DNA of 64,000 bases from Anthoceros angustus (lineage: Eukaryota > Plantae > Anthocerotophyta), in contig MU008178.1 in NCBI GenBank assembly GCA_010909165.1, positions 694,369 to 758,368 on the forward strand. Direction: 5' to 3'. The notes below the pieces were generated by a model. It did no database searches, had not been told where the DNA came from, and saw nothing but the letters and a program-made list of their open reading frames with translations. Of the stretch, positions 36,215-47,078 are shown piece by piece. How positions within the stretch are numbered: position 1 is the first letter of the stretch; every line of letters begins with the position of its first letter. Both the position numbers and the translations under genes were made by a program.

Positions 36215-37345
36215 ATGAGTACATTTGCATATTTATGTCTTCAATTATTACTACAAGCTCATGATTCTATTCCTCCTACTCATGATGAGGATGACAATTT
36301 GATGTTATACTCCATGTTTATAGCTGTAATGGTCACATTGCTTGCGGCTGGAAGTGAAGAGGAGATCATTCGGAAGCGAAGAAGAGTATGGTGGAAATTT
36401 CCTCGTCAAATCACACTATGGCGGGATGTACACATGAGGGCTTGGCAAATTGAAGGGGATGAGGTACGGGATGCTCAATGGCGTTTTGCTTACAGGATGT
36501 CGTACTCTAACTTCATGGCTTTAGTTGACCTTTTCAAGCCATACATTGTGCGTGCTGGGTTTAGAGAACCTCTGGAGTTGCACCATGCTATTGCCATAGT
36601 TTTGCATCGGCTTGCTAGAGGCCTTCCTCCTCATATTGTTGCTGACATGTATGGAGTTGGTGCATCTACCGTGGTTCAATATACCTTGTTGGTTACGGAG
36701 GTTTTAAGCAATCATGAGAAGTTGTTTTCCAAATTTATTTCTTGGCCTTCTGCAGCTCGCCAACAGGATATATCGGCAAGATTTATGGAACTCACAGGTT
36801 TACCCAATATGGTTGGAGCTGTTGATGGGTCACATATTAAACTAGCTGCACAACCAAATAAACAGGACAATCCTGTGGCTTATTGGTGTCGCCATGATAT
36901 TCATTCTGTTGTTCTGCAAGGAATCTGTGATGCTGACAAGTTATTCCTAGATGTTTCTTGCACACATCCTGGTGGAGTACATGATGCAACTATATTGAGA
37001 GAGAGCAGTATATGGCAAAGGATGGTTCAGGGTCAAAGTTTAATAGAGCCATCCTTGGAGGTTTCTGGGACAACAATCACTCCTTATATTGTGGGGGACA
37101 GTGCGTACCCTTTGATGCCTTTTTTGATTAAAGCATTTCATGCAGTGGGAGGTGACAATGAGAAAGCCAAGTTCAACAAGAGCATGCATCGGGGACGTGT
37201 GAAAATAGAGAACGCATTTGCTCTATTGAAGAACAAATGGCGCATACTAAAGAACTTAAATGTGAGGTTGAAATATGCACCTCAAGTTGTCATAGCTTGT
37301 TGTGCACTTCATAATTATTGCATTATGATTGGAGGCCCAACCTAG
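36215..37345 (+). CDS. Harbinger DDE transposase (HARBI1-like), 376 aa
   Basis: Uninterrupted ORF with VGAVDGSHI, VLQGICD, HPGGVHDATIL, IVGDSAYPL, IENAFALLKNKWRIL and CCALHNYC. The C-terminal tail may continue in another frame. Confidence 0.93.
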   Translation: MSTFAYLCLQLLLQAHDSIPPTHDEDDNLMLYSMFIAVMVTLLAAGSEEEIIRKRRRVWWKFPRQITLWRDVHMRAWQIEGDEVRDAQWRFAYRMSYSNFMALVDLFKPYIVRAGFREPLELHHAIAIVLHRLARGLPPHIVADMYGVGASTVVQYTLLVTEVLSNHEKLFSKFISWPSAARQQDISARFMELTGLPNMVGAVDGSHIKLAAQPNKQDNPVAYWCRHDIHSVVLQGICDADKLFLDVSCTHPGGVHDATILRESSIWQRMVQGQSLIEPSLEVSGTTITPYIVGDSAYPLMPFLIKAFHAVGGDNEKAKFNKSMHRGRVKIENAFALLKNKWRILKNLNVRLKYAPQVVIACCALHNYCIMIGGPT

Positions 37346-37676
37346 TGATGTTGAGGACGACCCGTTTCCTTTACATGGCCTCCATAATAGGAATATGTGG
37401 GATGATATATCTGTTAGGCAGATGCATAGTGAGGCGAAAATAAGGAGGAAGCCTTATTTCAAGGCTGGAAAAATTCCCGCATGGGAAGCCGCATAATTTT
37501 GAGGAGTACAGTGTGTAAAACAAATCTACACAACAAAAACATAGAATCGTTTAACTCGCTCGTCCACATTCGATGCCTTTTCTTTGGGCCTTTCCTAAAA
37601 CCACGGCTATGTGTAGTTGGTTCTCCAAGCGCATCATTGTTCTTCATATCATGCTCTAATAGAAGTGTTTGCATCT

Positions 37677-38943
37677 TCACGAGTTTTCCATTTTGGCAGC
37701 CTCAATTGCTGACAGGCACTGAGCAAAAGCTGCTAACCCAGCAACGATGTCCTTGCCCAATCCAGCAGAAGACCTCCGGCGCTTCACTTTTCTACGTTGT
37801 ATACCCTCTTGAGCTTGTTGGTCACTATCGCTGTCGCAAGTTGAGGATGCAGGCTCCGGTATGGCCCCATGGCCATGTGCTCCTGCACTGTTCAACGTAA
37901 GAAAAGAAGACCACACACAAGACTGCACTAGGTTAGCAATCTCCACTTACAACAAAGGCCTACCGAACCACACAAAAAGGACTCATCTCAGTTTGGCAGA
38001 CACACATCAAAGAGACCAAGTTGGCAGCGAGACAAGCACCTCAAGTTAGGCAGGCACTCAAAATTGGCAGCCACCTCAAGTTAGGCAGGCACACCAAAAT
38101 TGGCAGCCACCTCAAGTTAGGCAGACACTCGGAATTGGCAGGCACATAAGATTGTGCAGAGCACATATGCTTGGAGGAGTGACAAGCACTCAAAATTGGC
38201 AGCCACCTCAAGTTAGGCAGGCACACACACTCAGAATTGGTAGGCACATAAGATTGTGGAGAGCACATATGCTTGGAGGCGTGACAGCATGGCTGGCACC
38301 TCTGCCAGGCATAAAAACTTTGCATCGCATGTAAGCCTGCTACCTAGAGCCGTGGAATCGGTGGAGGTGCTCTGCTTGCACCCACACCATCCACAAGTGT
38401 GCCATCTAGTGTCGTGTCTGCGTCATGCTCCATCTTGGGCTTGGTTTGTGAAGTGCAGTCGAAGGTGGCTTTACCCGGATCCTGTGCGTTTGGAATTCCA
38501 GCGAACTTGGGATTGCCCTCACAAAGGGCAGCCATCGCCTCGTAGTGCACCCAGGTAGAGTTCACTTGGCCTGAGCTTGTCTTGGACTCCTTCTCCTTCC
38601 TGTATTTTTTCTTCAAATTCTCCAGCTTTTGCTTACACTTTTTTGCCGTCAAGCCAGCAATCTTGCACGAGCTACTCACATCTTTAGAGATTTGTGTCCA
38701 ATGTCTAGTTGCCAGGTTGCCGCGCTTGAGGTGGACCACTTGCATCTCGATATATGCCTCGATTAAAGTCGCAGTTGCTTCTTGATCCAAGTGATGACCT
38801 CCGAACGTTTTCTCGTGCATATTCCCTAGCACTCCCGCAAAGACATCATCATCCGAATCTTGCTCCATATTTTCACCGTGGCGACCCCGAGTACTTGTAT
38901 TGGTGAAGATATGCACGGCTTCCTCCATGTTCAGAGAGGCCAT
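37677..38943 (-). CDS. Harbinger Myb/SANT-like DNA-binding protein, probably two exons, possibly frameshifted
   Basis: LDQEATATLIEAY..HWTQISKDV..TAKKCKQKLENLKKKYRKEK..WVHYEAM (trihelix/Myb-SANT type), with a second acidic/basic segment at 37887-37677. The obvious splice sites do not join in frame. Confidence 0.75.
38030..38285. repeat. Tandem repeats in the putative Myb-gene intron
   Basis: caaaattggcagccacctcaagttaggcaggcac x3-4 and ggcacataagattgtg.agagcacatatgcttggagg x2. Confidence 0.85.
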
Positions 38944-39390
38944 GCAGCACCAAGGCAAGGCAAGGCCTTGTCCGCAGCAACCACAGCAATTCGGGCGGGC
39001 TAGGTAATGACGAGATTACCAGGACTTAGGAATCCCGGGCGGTTGCAAAGGAACCAGGGTTTGCAACCCTACAAATAAAGGGCCTTTTTTTGGCTCATTG
39101 CGACTTGGAAGGCACCGTGAGGGACTCTTGGCGGAAAAGAAGGCCAAAATAAGGTATTCTTCTTTCGGAGTGAATCACAACAACGCCTGCTCACTTTGTC
39201 GTCTTTGATGTGAAAGGCCCATGAGAGCTGCGCAATGGGGGAGATCCGACTTGACTGCCCCACTGAGCACATGGAATCGGATATCCTGACCAAGAGCCTA
39301 CCTCACGATAAGCATGTATTTTGTACAACGCTTTTAGGGCTATAGGCACCACCTAGTCATGTTCAGCTAACATCTTGAGATATCTAGCTT

Positions 39391-39555
39391 GAGGGGGGAG
39401 TATAAGAATAGGCTATCACCTACATATACAAGATACCTACTCCAAGGGACACATCCCTTCCCATACGGGTATTTAAGCCCCTAAAGTAAAATCCTAATTT
39501 ACCTTTTGTCTTTCCTCACGCATTCTTTGTCCCAGCCTCTGGCACCACTTTAATA
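39391..39555 (+). repeat. Polypurine tract (39391-39400) plus 3' LTR (39401-39555, TATAA...TAATA)
   Basis: GAGGGGGGAG abuts the LTR start. The LTR is roughly 90% identical by eye to the 5' LTR and is followed by CCACA. Confidence 0.92.
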
Positions 39556-39600
39556 CCACACTTGGACGAGGATATCATGAAGGCACTCATCAAGGTAGGC
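39556..39600 (+). pseudogene. Inverted P450 exon-3 fragment, right half
   Basis: ccacacttggacgaggatatcatgaaggcactcatcaag|gtagg encodes PHLDEDIMKALIK plus a donor site, continuing the fragment at 26716-26924. Confidence 0.9.
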
Positions 39601-40064
39601 CGCCTCGTACTAAGCGTGTTTTGATCCTAGTATCACATAACCAAAGCAAACAAATCGGTAAATGTGCACTGGGTTTATGATCCTCCTCTTTCCTGCAAAC
39701 ACACTGCAAAAACTTCAAATCTTCTTCAAGTGGAGAATCTGGTCACTAAGAGGTCTGCAAGCATGTCAGCTCCAGGACCATCTGAGCCAGGGAACACAGG
39801 ATCTCGAAGGGGCAAACGGCGGGAATGGAGCCCAAGACCTTAACATGTTTGTGTTTCTTTGGTCTATGCGAACCTTGAATATATGTGCTAGGCCGTCTGC
39901 TTCCAACAGGGCATCCAAGTCCGGAACTTCCTCAACTCCTGACCAGCAGGGCTTGACACAACAAGCCTTAGGGCAGGGCTTATGGGGGCAACGAAGGAAG
40001 GCCGACCGTGAAAACCTGCGTGGAACGAGCAAACCTTGCTCACCAATTTAGAACCGCCACTAAA

Positions 40065-40112
40065 ACCCATATTGCGGAACTAAAGAGGGTGACCAAGAAT
40101 ATTGTATGTAAA
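40065..40112 (+). promoter_or_regulatory. Candidate U1 promoter: USE-like plus TATA-like elements
   Basis: acccatattg at about -70 (7/10 to the angiosperm USE core TCCCACATCG) and tatgtaaa at about -30. Confidence 0.45.
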
Positions 40113-40134
40113 CCGGTGAAGGAGATCGAGCAAC

Positions 40135-40289
40135 ATACTTACCTGGGCGGGGCCCATCGGTAATCATGAAGGCCGATGACCTGGGGTCATCCCCCCATTG
40201 CACTACGGTCGGGGTGGCCTCACTATCTACTTACGGGTGGAATAGACGTCATAATTTGTGGCAGCGGGCTCGCGTACGCGCGGCCCCTA
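40135..40289 (+). ncRNA. U1: U1 spliceosomal snRNA
   Basis: 5' ATACTTACCTGG; SL1 stem catcggt/gccgatg with a 10 nt loop AATCATGAAG; SL2 loop ATTGCACTAC (U1A site); SL3; Sm site AATTTGTG (40253-60); SL4 with a TACG tetraloop. Confidence 0.95.
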
Positions 40290-40479
40290 CCCAACCAAAA
40301 GCAAAGTCGGATCCCACACGCGACTCCTGTGTGCCTCCTGTCCCATGCTATCGCAAGCCATCCGTTGCACCATGGAGTTCCCTAAAGTCCTAGAGATAGC
40401 GAGTTCTACTCTCGCAACGCCCGTTCGGCATATCGAAAGTTGTGATACTTTATGCCGAGAATCGTGATACGTTTGAAGG

Positions 40480-40965
40480 GAATGGCACATCCGAATCAAT
40501 TCTTTTTCTTCCGAAGTAGGGAAGGTTTTGGAGATCGGATTCGGTGAGCAACCTCTCTGTCCCTACCACCTCGGCCAGCTCCTGGTACACACCCTCTGTA
40601 CAGCCTGGATATTTTGGAGGAGCTCTGATAATCCTCAGTCCACTGTCATGCCAGATATCTCCGTGCCAGCATTGATCTTGTCGTGCACGGCACCATGCGC
40701 AAACGGTGTGCAGGGTGCACAGTGTAGAATGGTGTGAAACAGCCTGGAGGTAAGCTTACTACGAGGAGGCCTACCCTGGTCAGTGCCTTCATGACAACCT
40801 CGTCCAAATGTGGTCCACCTTCTTCTCCAGGGAGGGAGAGCAGGATATCCAAGTAGTTCCTGGCTTCTTTATTATTTCTGGTGTGCCTATGTTCCTCGAT
40901 CACTGGTGTCAGGAAGGAGTCAAATCGCTGGTGACCTCCGGCCGGCCTCGGCAACTTGGAGTGCA
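40480..40965 (-). pseudogene. P450 fragment: exon-3 end, intron and exon-4 start
   Basis: HQRFDSFLTPVIEEHRHTRNNKEARNYLDILLSLPGEEGGPHLDEVVMKALTR|GT, followed by a degenerate I-helix exon. Paralogous to 25060-25500. Confidence 0.9.
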
Positions 40966-41605
40966 AGCATTGTCCGCTTCCGTTCGGTCCTGTAATGTAC
41001 TACAATGCAACTGACTGTTTGTATTTTTCGTTACACTGTTCAAGTGGATCGTCGGAACGCTGCTGATCCCTTGCCGTGCCGCGTCAACAGGTTGATGAGG
41101 GCCTACATCACCATATGTGCGAATAGTTTCTCTAGGTAGTATGTACTTGGGCTTTGGGAAATTCCCGTTTTTCCCCGTATTCATCTCAAGTATCTGGATG
41201 CCCTGTTGGAAGCAGACGGACTGGTGTCCATTTGGTCGGCTTATTTTTGCAGACCCCGGTAGAAAAAGCATCCAGGAAAAGCTGCTCGGAGGACAGGCTC
41301 GTATGTAAGTCACAACTGGAGGTCTGCCGGTTGGATTATTGTTGTCAAAGACAAAGTGTATGCTGCGCATCTTCTATCATCAATGGCTTACATGACAGGG
41401 AGGGTGAAGCTTCCAGAACAGTGGACCTCTTCAAAGAATGTGCCCAAGCTGGCCACGTCAGTTGCTCCAGGGGTGCCTATGTTCGCCATCAGGATTTATC
41501 CTCAACATGTCGTTGTCTATGGCCAGTAAACTACATAGCTGCGAGAACTGCCATCATCTGCTGTCCATTCTGACTCCCTTCACAGATTTCGTCAACTGCT
41601 CCTCA

Positions 41606-42790
41606 TGACTTCCTCATAAAGGTGGGGAGGAAGACGAGGCACAGGAACAGCCAGGAGCGGCCAGGCGCGAGGTAGCTTATGCCGAACTTCTCCTCCATAT
41701 CCAATTTATGGGTTGCCTGACCTTGTGGCAAGGTCCAATCGCAGCTATTCACCAGCCTCGCCAGAGAGCAATGCACCGTAGCAAGCCCCAGGTGCGTTCC
41801 AGGGCAAGCTCGTAGGAGCCAAAAAGGAGCAGCTGTACGTGCTGGCCTCGCACGTCGATGTCGCTGCTGAGGAATCTGTCCGGCTGAAACTCCAGCAGAT
41901 TCTCCCACACGTTGGGGTGGCGGGTGATACTCCACACGTTCGCGAAGGCGGTGGTCTCGGCAGGGGTATGGAAGCCTGCCCCCTCGGAAGCCTCGGTGCT
42001 TGCATGTGGAACCAGTAACAGCACGGCTGGATGATGCCGGATTGTTTCTTTTACCACGGCCGGAAGTGGGGAAGGTTTGGGTGCTTAGATTCTGTGACCA
42101 ATATCTCTTTTCCTACTACAGTCGGCCCCCCCTAATTGGGAATTCTATAAATGGGATTCCTCTCTAAATGGGACCTCCCATCCTACTCCCTTTAGTTTAC
42201 AATGTAATAAATGGGACTTTTCCCTAAATGATAATTGGGACCTTTTGAAACATACATTCATGTTAATTTCACCTCCCTAAATGGGATTTCTAATTTTTTT
42301 CCTAAAAAAATTTAAAAAAAGAAAGAAAAAAGAATCTATTATTTGAGAGCACAATAGACTTTTAGGTGTGATTGAAGACTCTTAAGCTAAGCTTTTTCCT
42401 TTATGATAGATAGAGGTTTTTTGATGCAGCTTAGAGAGAGTGCTAGCTTTCAAACAACTATATAAAGAACTGTTAAAAGTTATTTTTAGTGAAACCTATC
42501 AATCCAAATTTAAATTTTCTTTTTTTGGGTATTTTTTGATTTTTTTAAGTTTATAACATTTTTATTATTTTTAAATAGGGAAAATACAATCGGGACACTT
42601 CCCTTAATGGGACCTCTAAAGGCACTCCGAACCAGTCCCAATTAGGGGGGGTGGACTGTACCTCGTCCAGCTCCTGGTAACACCCTCTGTACAGCGTGGG
42701 ATTTCGCAGCTCTAATAGGCCCCGCTCCACGGTGGTGTTAGATATGTCCTTGCCAGTAATGGTCATGTCCTGGAAGCCATGCAGAGCTGG
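41606..42790 (-). pseudogene. P450 exon-4 pseudogene interrupted by a MITE
   Basis: DMTITGKDISNTTVE, VKETIRHHP, FQPDRFLSSDIDVRGQHVQLLLFGS and DMEEKFGI, with the heme motif destroyed and frameshifts. The downstream flank is also homologous to 24390-24600. Confidence 0.9.
42119..42658. mobile_element. Tc1/mariner-type MITE, 540 bp
   Basis: TIRs CAGTC..CCCCCCCTAATTGGGA, TA target duplication (42117-18 and 42659-60). Excision restores the P450 sequence. Confidence 0.92.
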
Positions 42791-42886
42791 CTTTCCAGCT
42801 TCCTCTGTGTAGAATGTACTTGTCCCTAGCCGTTTTCACTACTGCAGCAAGGAGGCTAGGTAAAAAATTGACACAGGAAGGTGGAG

Positions 42887-44561
42887 TCACACACTGTATC
42901 CTGGATTCACCAGCTGCTGGATGTCCTGGTAGCTCTCAAGCTCAGCAACATCCTCACAACTCCCAAGAAACAGAGGCAGCCTCTGGTGAAGCTTTTCCGG
43001 CTCAATGTTGAGGATTCGCCTCTTTCCATCAGATCCTCTTCCGCCAGCTTGTTCAGTAAGAAAACTCAAGGGATTGGCTTCATACACCAGCCGAAGATGG
43101 CTCCGGGGGTTCATGGCGATCCCCCCGTACAACAGCGTTCGATGCAAGTCGGCGACCAAAGAACATATGTAGCGTGCAGAATACTTCTTGGGGTTCTGCC
43201 CTTTCCCCTGCCGGATGTCATCGATGTACTGCTGCAGGCCTTTGGGCCAGTCGAAGTACCTGGCGTCGTTGACAGAGTATATTTGACCTGCACAGGCCAA
43301 TCCGGATTCAGACTTTCACGTGAACATTCTGAGAGGGCTTTCTCCAGACGATGGTAGTAGACTCACCTCTTTTTGGCACGCTGATGTTCGGGTGTGTAAG
43401 GACAAAGTCTCCGAAAGCTGGATCCAAGGTAAACCCACAGGCTCCAGAGCCTACCGAGATGAGCAGCATGGTGGCGGAAGAGTACAAGGCATAACCAGCA
43501 GCCACAAGGTTCTCCCCTCTCTGCAGCACGTTGGCAGCTGCCCTCTGGTCCACAGGGAGCGAAACAGACTCTTCCAGACACCTGTAGATGCCGAAGATTG
43601 TGCCTGTTGGGATGGAAGCATCTATGTTGCGGGATCCATCCAGAGGGTCGAAAACCACCACATAGGGCCTGTTGTCCCCGAACCATGCTGCCAAGTCCTC
43701 TTCCTCTGAAGCTATTGCCGCCACCTTGCCTGAACTTCTGAGGGCTGCCTTCAGAATATCATTCTGCATTGCCAACATGGACCCAGTACGTCAGCTGTTG
43801 TAGTCATCCAGGCTTCGAGCTTGTGGGTAGCCTCCACCTGCAGCAACGAGAGGTGCTTCTCAGATCTCCCACACAAGCTTTGAGGATCTCCCATGACAGC
43901 CTGAATGGAGACTGGGTAATGCAAGTGACATGAAGCAATGACTGCAGCCTACATTACAAAAAGTCGAATAAAGTCTGACGAACCATTAGGGTTACAGCAT
44001 CTCAGCGCAGTTGCCCACGACATCAATCAAGCACGTGAAAGCTAATGCTCAACTCGGTGAAAGAATCTGGATTGCAATAGTAGCCACATCGGAACAGAGG
44101 GAATCACTTACCGACACAATGTCGAGGGGCTTGGGAGCATCTCTGCCAGCTGCAACCGATCCCACAGCATCGGGCACCACAGGAATGTTTGCTGGAGAGG
44201 CGAGGAGGGCAGCAATGCGCTTGCAGGCGCTGGCAACCTGCTCCAGTACGATCTTCAGCTCGTCGTCTACACTCTTCTGCTGCTCAAGATAGCTGAGCAG
44301 AGTTGCAGGGGAGGCCATAACTTCCTCAGTTTCTGTTACTGGTACTACTCCGGGCGGTGCAGCCATATATGGAGGAACCGATGCTGAAGCCAAGGACTCA
44401 GGTGGGGCTTGAGTGGCCAACGAGGCGCGAGGGAGTGAGCAAGAAAATGGCCAGTAGAACGCTGCCGTGCGGGGTGCGGTTGGCACGGCAAGGGAGTTAG
44501 GTGATAAAGCACGGCACCCAACGTGGCCACCAAGGGAATGCATGAGGAGACTGCTGGACAT
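42887..44561 (-). CDS. Plastid fructose-1,6-bisphosphatase, cpFBPase II-like, 415 aa, 3 exons
   Basis: Exons 44561-44112, 43763-43367 and 43287-42887 total 1248 nt. Ser/Ala-rich transit-like N-terminus, GRDAPKPLDIVS, DPLDGSRNIDASIPTGTIFGIY, RYICSLVADLHRTL and LRLVYEANP. Confidence 0.93.
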
Positions 44562-45380
44562 CCCTTCTATGCCAACAATCGGTGACAAATTCCCAAGAAG
44601 CTTGCGGTTGGCAGGAATGCTTCCAGCCCGCCTTCACGACCACCCAGAATCTGCGAAGCCAGGACCCAATGTCTGCGATGCGCGGAATGTCTACTTGGAC
44701 TGGTGGATGACCAATTTGGACGCCGTGTCGATGCCCAGTCAGATTAGGATATTTGAATTGAATTTCAGATATTTCGCCGGTCGGGAAGAGCCCAGCAGCG
44801 TACAAGGATGCAGTCTGGGTAGCACCTTTATCAGCCATGATCCAGCATCCAGCGGGATGCCGTGCCTTCAGACAAGTTTTAATCCCCGGTCAAGTACATG
44901 TGTCCGCCAGGTGGCGCTGCCCCTCGTGGTGGCGTGACCTTGGGCACTACCTTGGAGAGACTGCCACCCGCGAATGGGAAGGCAGGCTGATTCCAAACTC
45001 CATCCGAGTCCGTTCTGTCCTGTCCTGGTTCAACGATGAGGTGGACAGTGAGGCTAATCGTGGAATCTCATCGTCCTTACCTCTTCTCATTTTGCATGTG
45101 GGCAGCGACCCCCGTTTGACCCAATAGTGTCTAGGCACTGTAAGCCAACCACATAATCCGAACGGTAATGCTGCTCATTTCCTCGCAGTTCTCTCTAGGC
45201 GTCTACTGGACGGGTGACTTGGGCTCCATACCAGTTCAACTTGAGGACGCCCTGCAAGCAGTCGATGCTTTCCTGCTCTTGAGGGGTGATCCAGTAGGAG
45301 CGGAACCCATTCCTCTGCCTGCCATTGTGTGGCGTTTAGAGATCGTCTCTGATTGGAGCTAACCTGCCTGTGCTGCAAGG

Positions 45381-46860
45381 ATGTCTGGACCTCAGGGGCT
45401 GGTAGTAGTGGTTGGTGGTTCAGGCTATCTTGGCCTTCATATCCTTCAGCACTTCTCTGCAAACTCCAATTGTCATCTGGCCTACACATTCCACGACCAT
45501 ACGCCATCTTCTTTCCTGCAAAGCACTCTAGGTCGAGCTCATGCCTTCCAGGTGGATGTTGCTACTGGAAAGGGTTTGGAGGCCATCTCAGAGATGTTAG
45601 GACCAGTGAGTGCCTATCCTGGAGCCATCTTCTCCACCTCCTTTGCGTTTTGCAGAATTTACTGCTTTGGTTGCTTGGCTTCTCATAGAGTAGGCTGCAG
45701 TTTGGTGATAGTTACTAACATGTCCTGCTGTGGTCAGCCATCCGTTGTTATAAACTGTGCAGCCATGTCAATACCTCGGGATTGTGAAGAGAATCCTGAA
45801 CAAGCCAGAGCCATCAATGTCCCTAGGTTTCTTGTGCATTGGCTATCATCCTTTGGTTATTTCAAGCCCTTTCTTATTCATCTCTCAACAGATCAAGGTT
45901 TATTTCCCTGCAATCACCCCTTTCTGCGAGCAACTGTGTAGGTTTTCCCCCTTCTGATGTTTTTGGTGCTAACAGCTTCGATATCTTGTACAGTTTATGA
46001 AGGCACCCGGAGATTCTACTCCGAGGAAGATGAAACCAAGCCTGTGAACGTGTATGGGCAAACGAAAGTTGAGGCTGAGAAGTTTATTCAAGCAACTTGG
46101 CCAAATTATGCCATCCTGAGAAGCAGTATCATATATGGACCCAACCCTGTTGTGCAGGTCGAACGATCACTGCCGGTTCAGGTGCGTCTGATTACGACTT
46201 CATGTTTGCAATCGTCCTGAAAAGTAGCAGGAGCATAGGTAGCAGTCCGTAATGGAAAGGGGCCCGGTTGTGGATTGTGGATCTGACCACGTCTGGAAAT
46301 GCAGTGGATCGACAGCGTGCTTGCAGCTGGTGAGGAGACCGATTTCTTCATTGACCAGTACAGATGTCCCATCTTCGTAAAAGATGTGGTACATGTGGTG
46401 GAGCTTCTAATCACCAATATTTCTCCAGGTTTGATTGTGGTCCTGGCCCTCTTAGCAAAAAAGTTGCTGGTTTGCGACTGACTATCGGGAGTTCTGTCTG
46501 GCCCTTGGGTCTGAATGAACTGCAGGAGGCGAGCATGTCCAGCTCCTGCTGAACTTGGGTGGGAGTGAGCGGCTGTCACGAGCTAGAATGGCGGAAATCG
46601 TAGCACAAGTTAGAGGACGTAACATCTCTCTCATCAATCGGGCAACCTCCACGGTGCGCTAACTTTACCGTCAGATATGCGTTTGTTTCAGATGTTTGGG
46701 AACTTTGACCCCTGTGTTTGTACAGGCCGTACGAGGCGTTAGAAGCCCTGCAGATATCTCCATGGACATCTCAAAGTTGGAGTCGCTGCTTGGATTCAAC
46801 CCAACAAAGTTCGCAGACGGGGTTCGGCAGACGTTTGACTACACAGCATCCATACGATAA
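45381..46860 (+). CDS. RmlD-like / MAT2B-like NAD(P)-binding SDR protein, 6 exons
   Basis: Exons 45381-45605, 45738-45897, 45994-46181, 46305-46428, 46526-46653 and 46726-46860. Motifs GGSGYLG, VINCAA, HLSTDQVYEG, PVNVYGQTK, LRSSIIYG and SPADISMD. Confidence 0.92.
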
Positions 46861-47078
46861 CTCATCCTTTTGATCACATATCCATAGCTGTCTTGAGTTT
46901 GTGAAATATGTAGAGTGACACATTGGACACGATCCATGTGTCTGACGATCAGTGAGTGACAGTTAGGTGAAGGAATGTACATAAATGGCGCTGTCGGAAA
47001 AGGAAGGCTCTTACACTGGTTAGGTACAACATTTCTAACATTGCGCAAAACAAGGTGCTCAGGACAGTTTTCCGCATG

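Larger units (their letters stand above)
35730..39221. mobile_element. PIF/Harbinger DNA transposon, near-intact, nested in Copia RNaseH
   Basis: 26 bp TIRs TG(A/G)GCCTTTCACATCAAAGACGACAA with one mismatch, and a 3 bp TGA target duplication (35727-29 and 39222-24). Removing it rejoins RNaseH (..RESCAMGEIRLDCPTEHMESDILTKSL). It contains convergent transposase and Myb/SANT ORFs. Confidence 0.95.
26925..39555 (+). mobile_element. Ty1/Copia LTR retrotransposon, degenerate, with nested insertions
   Basis: LTRs at 26925-27182 and 39401-39555, CCACA target duplication (26920-24 and 39556-60), PBS TGGTATCAGA (27183) and PPT GAGGGGGGAG (39391-39400). Domain order is protease-integrase-RT-RNaseH. Confidence 0.93.
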
